Assembly (NCBI GenBank): GCA_977017645.1
Contig: OZ360252.1
Location: 36,952,001-37,016,000 of the forward strand
Direction of reading: 5' to 3'
Length of the DNA: 64,000 nucleotides
Source: Torpedo marmorata
Lineage: Eukaryota
Shown here: positions 62,560 through 64,000 of the stretch, one piece after another
Numbering within the stretch: position 1 is the first letter of the stretch
How the letters are laid out: every line of letters starts with the position of its first letter
Program-made: the position numbers and the translations under genes
The notes under the pieces: model-generated
The model's database searches: none
The model's input: the letters and a program-made list of their open reading frames with translations, nothing else
Told to the model about the DNA's origin: nothing

Positions 62560-63675
62560 TATACGGTGGACAGCCAGCACCTTTTTCCCAGGGCTAGAGT
62601 AGCAAATACCAGAGGACATCTATGTAAGGCGAGGGGAGGAATGTTTAGGGGGGAGTCGGGATACGTTTTTTTACACAGAGAATAGTGGGTGTCTGGATTG
62701 CCTTTTCAGGGGTGGTGGTGGAGGCTGGTACAATAGGGACATTTAAAAGACTCTTCGACAGGCACATGGATGCAAGAAAAATAGAGGGTGATGGGTGTGA
62801 GGCAGGGAAGGGTTTAGATTGTTGAGCAGGTTTATAAAGGCCGGCACAATATCGTGGGCCGAAGGGCCTGTGATATTCTCTATTGTATTAATGGTGCTTG
62901 ATGTGGAGTGGGAGCTGGCTGTGTAAAATAACAGGACTACCCACAGTGCAACAGTGTCTGTAGTTTCTGGGCTGAGAAGAGCTTTGGGTTTGAAGGCCCC
63001 CAGGAGAGAGACTAATCTTTTATTTCAACGGTAGTGAATTCTGGAATGCACAGACAACCCAACAGAGCAAGAAACTAAAACAATCCTTCTATTTAAAAGG
63101 GAGAGAGAGGAAATCTGGGAATGTTCTGTGAGGGAGGAGGGAGGGGAACGTGGGGACGGGCTGGGAATCGGGGCTTGCCCAGGGCGGATGGTCAGAATGC
63201 AGCAGGGCAGGGCCGGAGACGTGCTGCTTCCTTCCTGTGCGTGACCGTGCCCCGCGTTACCGAGCTGCTGCCGTCGGCCAGGGAGCTGGGGGCCTCTGCA
63301 GCGGCAGGAGCCAGGGCTTATGTGGAATTTGCAGCTGTTTTGAATTTGCAGCTCTTGTGTAAACAGTGTCAATCTGCTTCACTCGGTCGGTCTGTGTGCT
63401 GTAGGAGCAGGGCTTCCGGCAGCGTCGGCCCACCTCTAGGAGAGCTTGACAGCAACTGGATGAATGGGAGACCTCCCCCACATCCCCCACAGTCCCATCT
63501 TGACCCAGCTCTGTTCCCACCCTCTCTTCTCAAACCCCAGACCCCCTGTCCCATTCATCTTCCATCCCCCACCCTCACATCCAGAGAACAGTTCCGCACA
63601 GGGACAGGCCCTTTGGCTCATATGCCTGTGCTGAATGTGATGCCTAGTTTATGCTAAAACTATGCTGACTGCACA

Positions 63676-64000
63676 TTCAAGATTCCTTTATTACCGTGTA
63701 ATAGTAAAGAACATGTAATATTACGCGAAATTGCCTTCTTTCTGCTGTACGCCAGGCAAAGAGTCACTATTAGTGTCGCCCGGCGCCCCTTACAGTACGA
63801 GAGAAAGAGAAGCAAAAGAGAGTCCCTTCAGAGTCACTGAGTGTCCGTGGATTCACCTCCAGCGCTCCCGCAGCCTCTGCAGCCGTACAGACTCCTGTTC
63901 GATCTATCGGCAACCCGAGCTCCAGATCCAAACCTCCGACACGATCAGGAAGCCTTCAGCACCCGAGGCCCTTCAGGGGCCCTTCTTGCCCTCAGCACCC
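63676..64000 (-). mobile_element. 3' part of the unnamed GC-rich retroposon; continues beyond the window
   Basis: Reverse-complement similarity to 53690-53992. The minus-strand tail is AATAAAGGAATCTTGAA. Confidence 0.75.

Larger units (their letters stand above)
60918..62885 (+). mobile_element. CR1-clade LINE 3' fragment, split by the Tc1 at a TA
   Basis: GDLIEVYKIMRGI (60921-60960) resumes as VDSQHLFPRARVANTRGHL..FFTQRIVGVW..FKRLFDRHM, with the tail GTGGGCCGAAGGGCCTG. Confidence 0.85.

Noticed and set aside
63025-63657. GC-rich segment with overlapping ORFs and a TGTAAACA forkhead motif
   Set aside because: No recognisable protein, and a single motif is expected by chance. It cannot be supported without conservation data.

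Overview
Eukaryotic DNA with no supportable host gene. The mix of repeats (HE1-like V-SINEs, CR1, Rex1/Babar, fish-type L1, Penelope-like elements, Tc1) suggests a cartilaginous fish, which is my inference. Positions 1-48,393 are one 30-bp G/T-rich satellite family in layers: a near-homogeneous block (1-10.4 kb), a 5'-truncated L1 (10.6-12.4 kb), a 1.14-kb inverted block, and a 35-kb diverged block with higher-order structure. The homogeneous monomer is the CpG-erased form of the diverged monomer. The giant plus-strand ORFs are by-products of a stop-free 30-mer. Positions 48.4-64 kb are a dense nest of transposons. They include an L1 with an intact ORF2 and an 11-bp target-site duplication (TSD), nested in a Rex1 element that is nested in a CR1; a dead IR/DR Tc1; a candidate solo LTR; an unnamed non-autonomous retroposon; and several Penelope-like termini carrying minimal hammerhead ribozyme motifs. 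All calls were made by eye and no searches were run.
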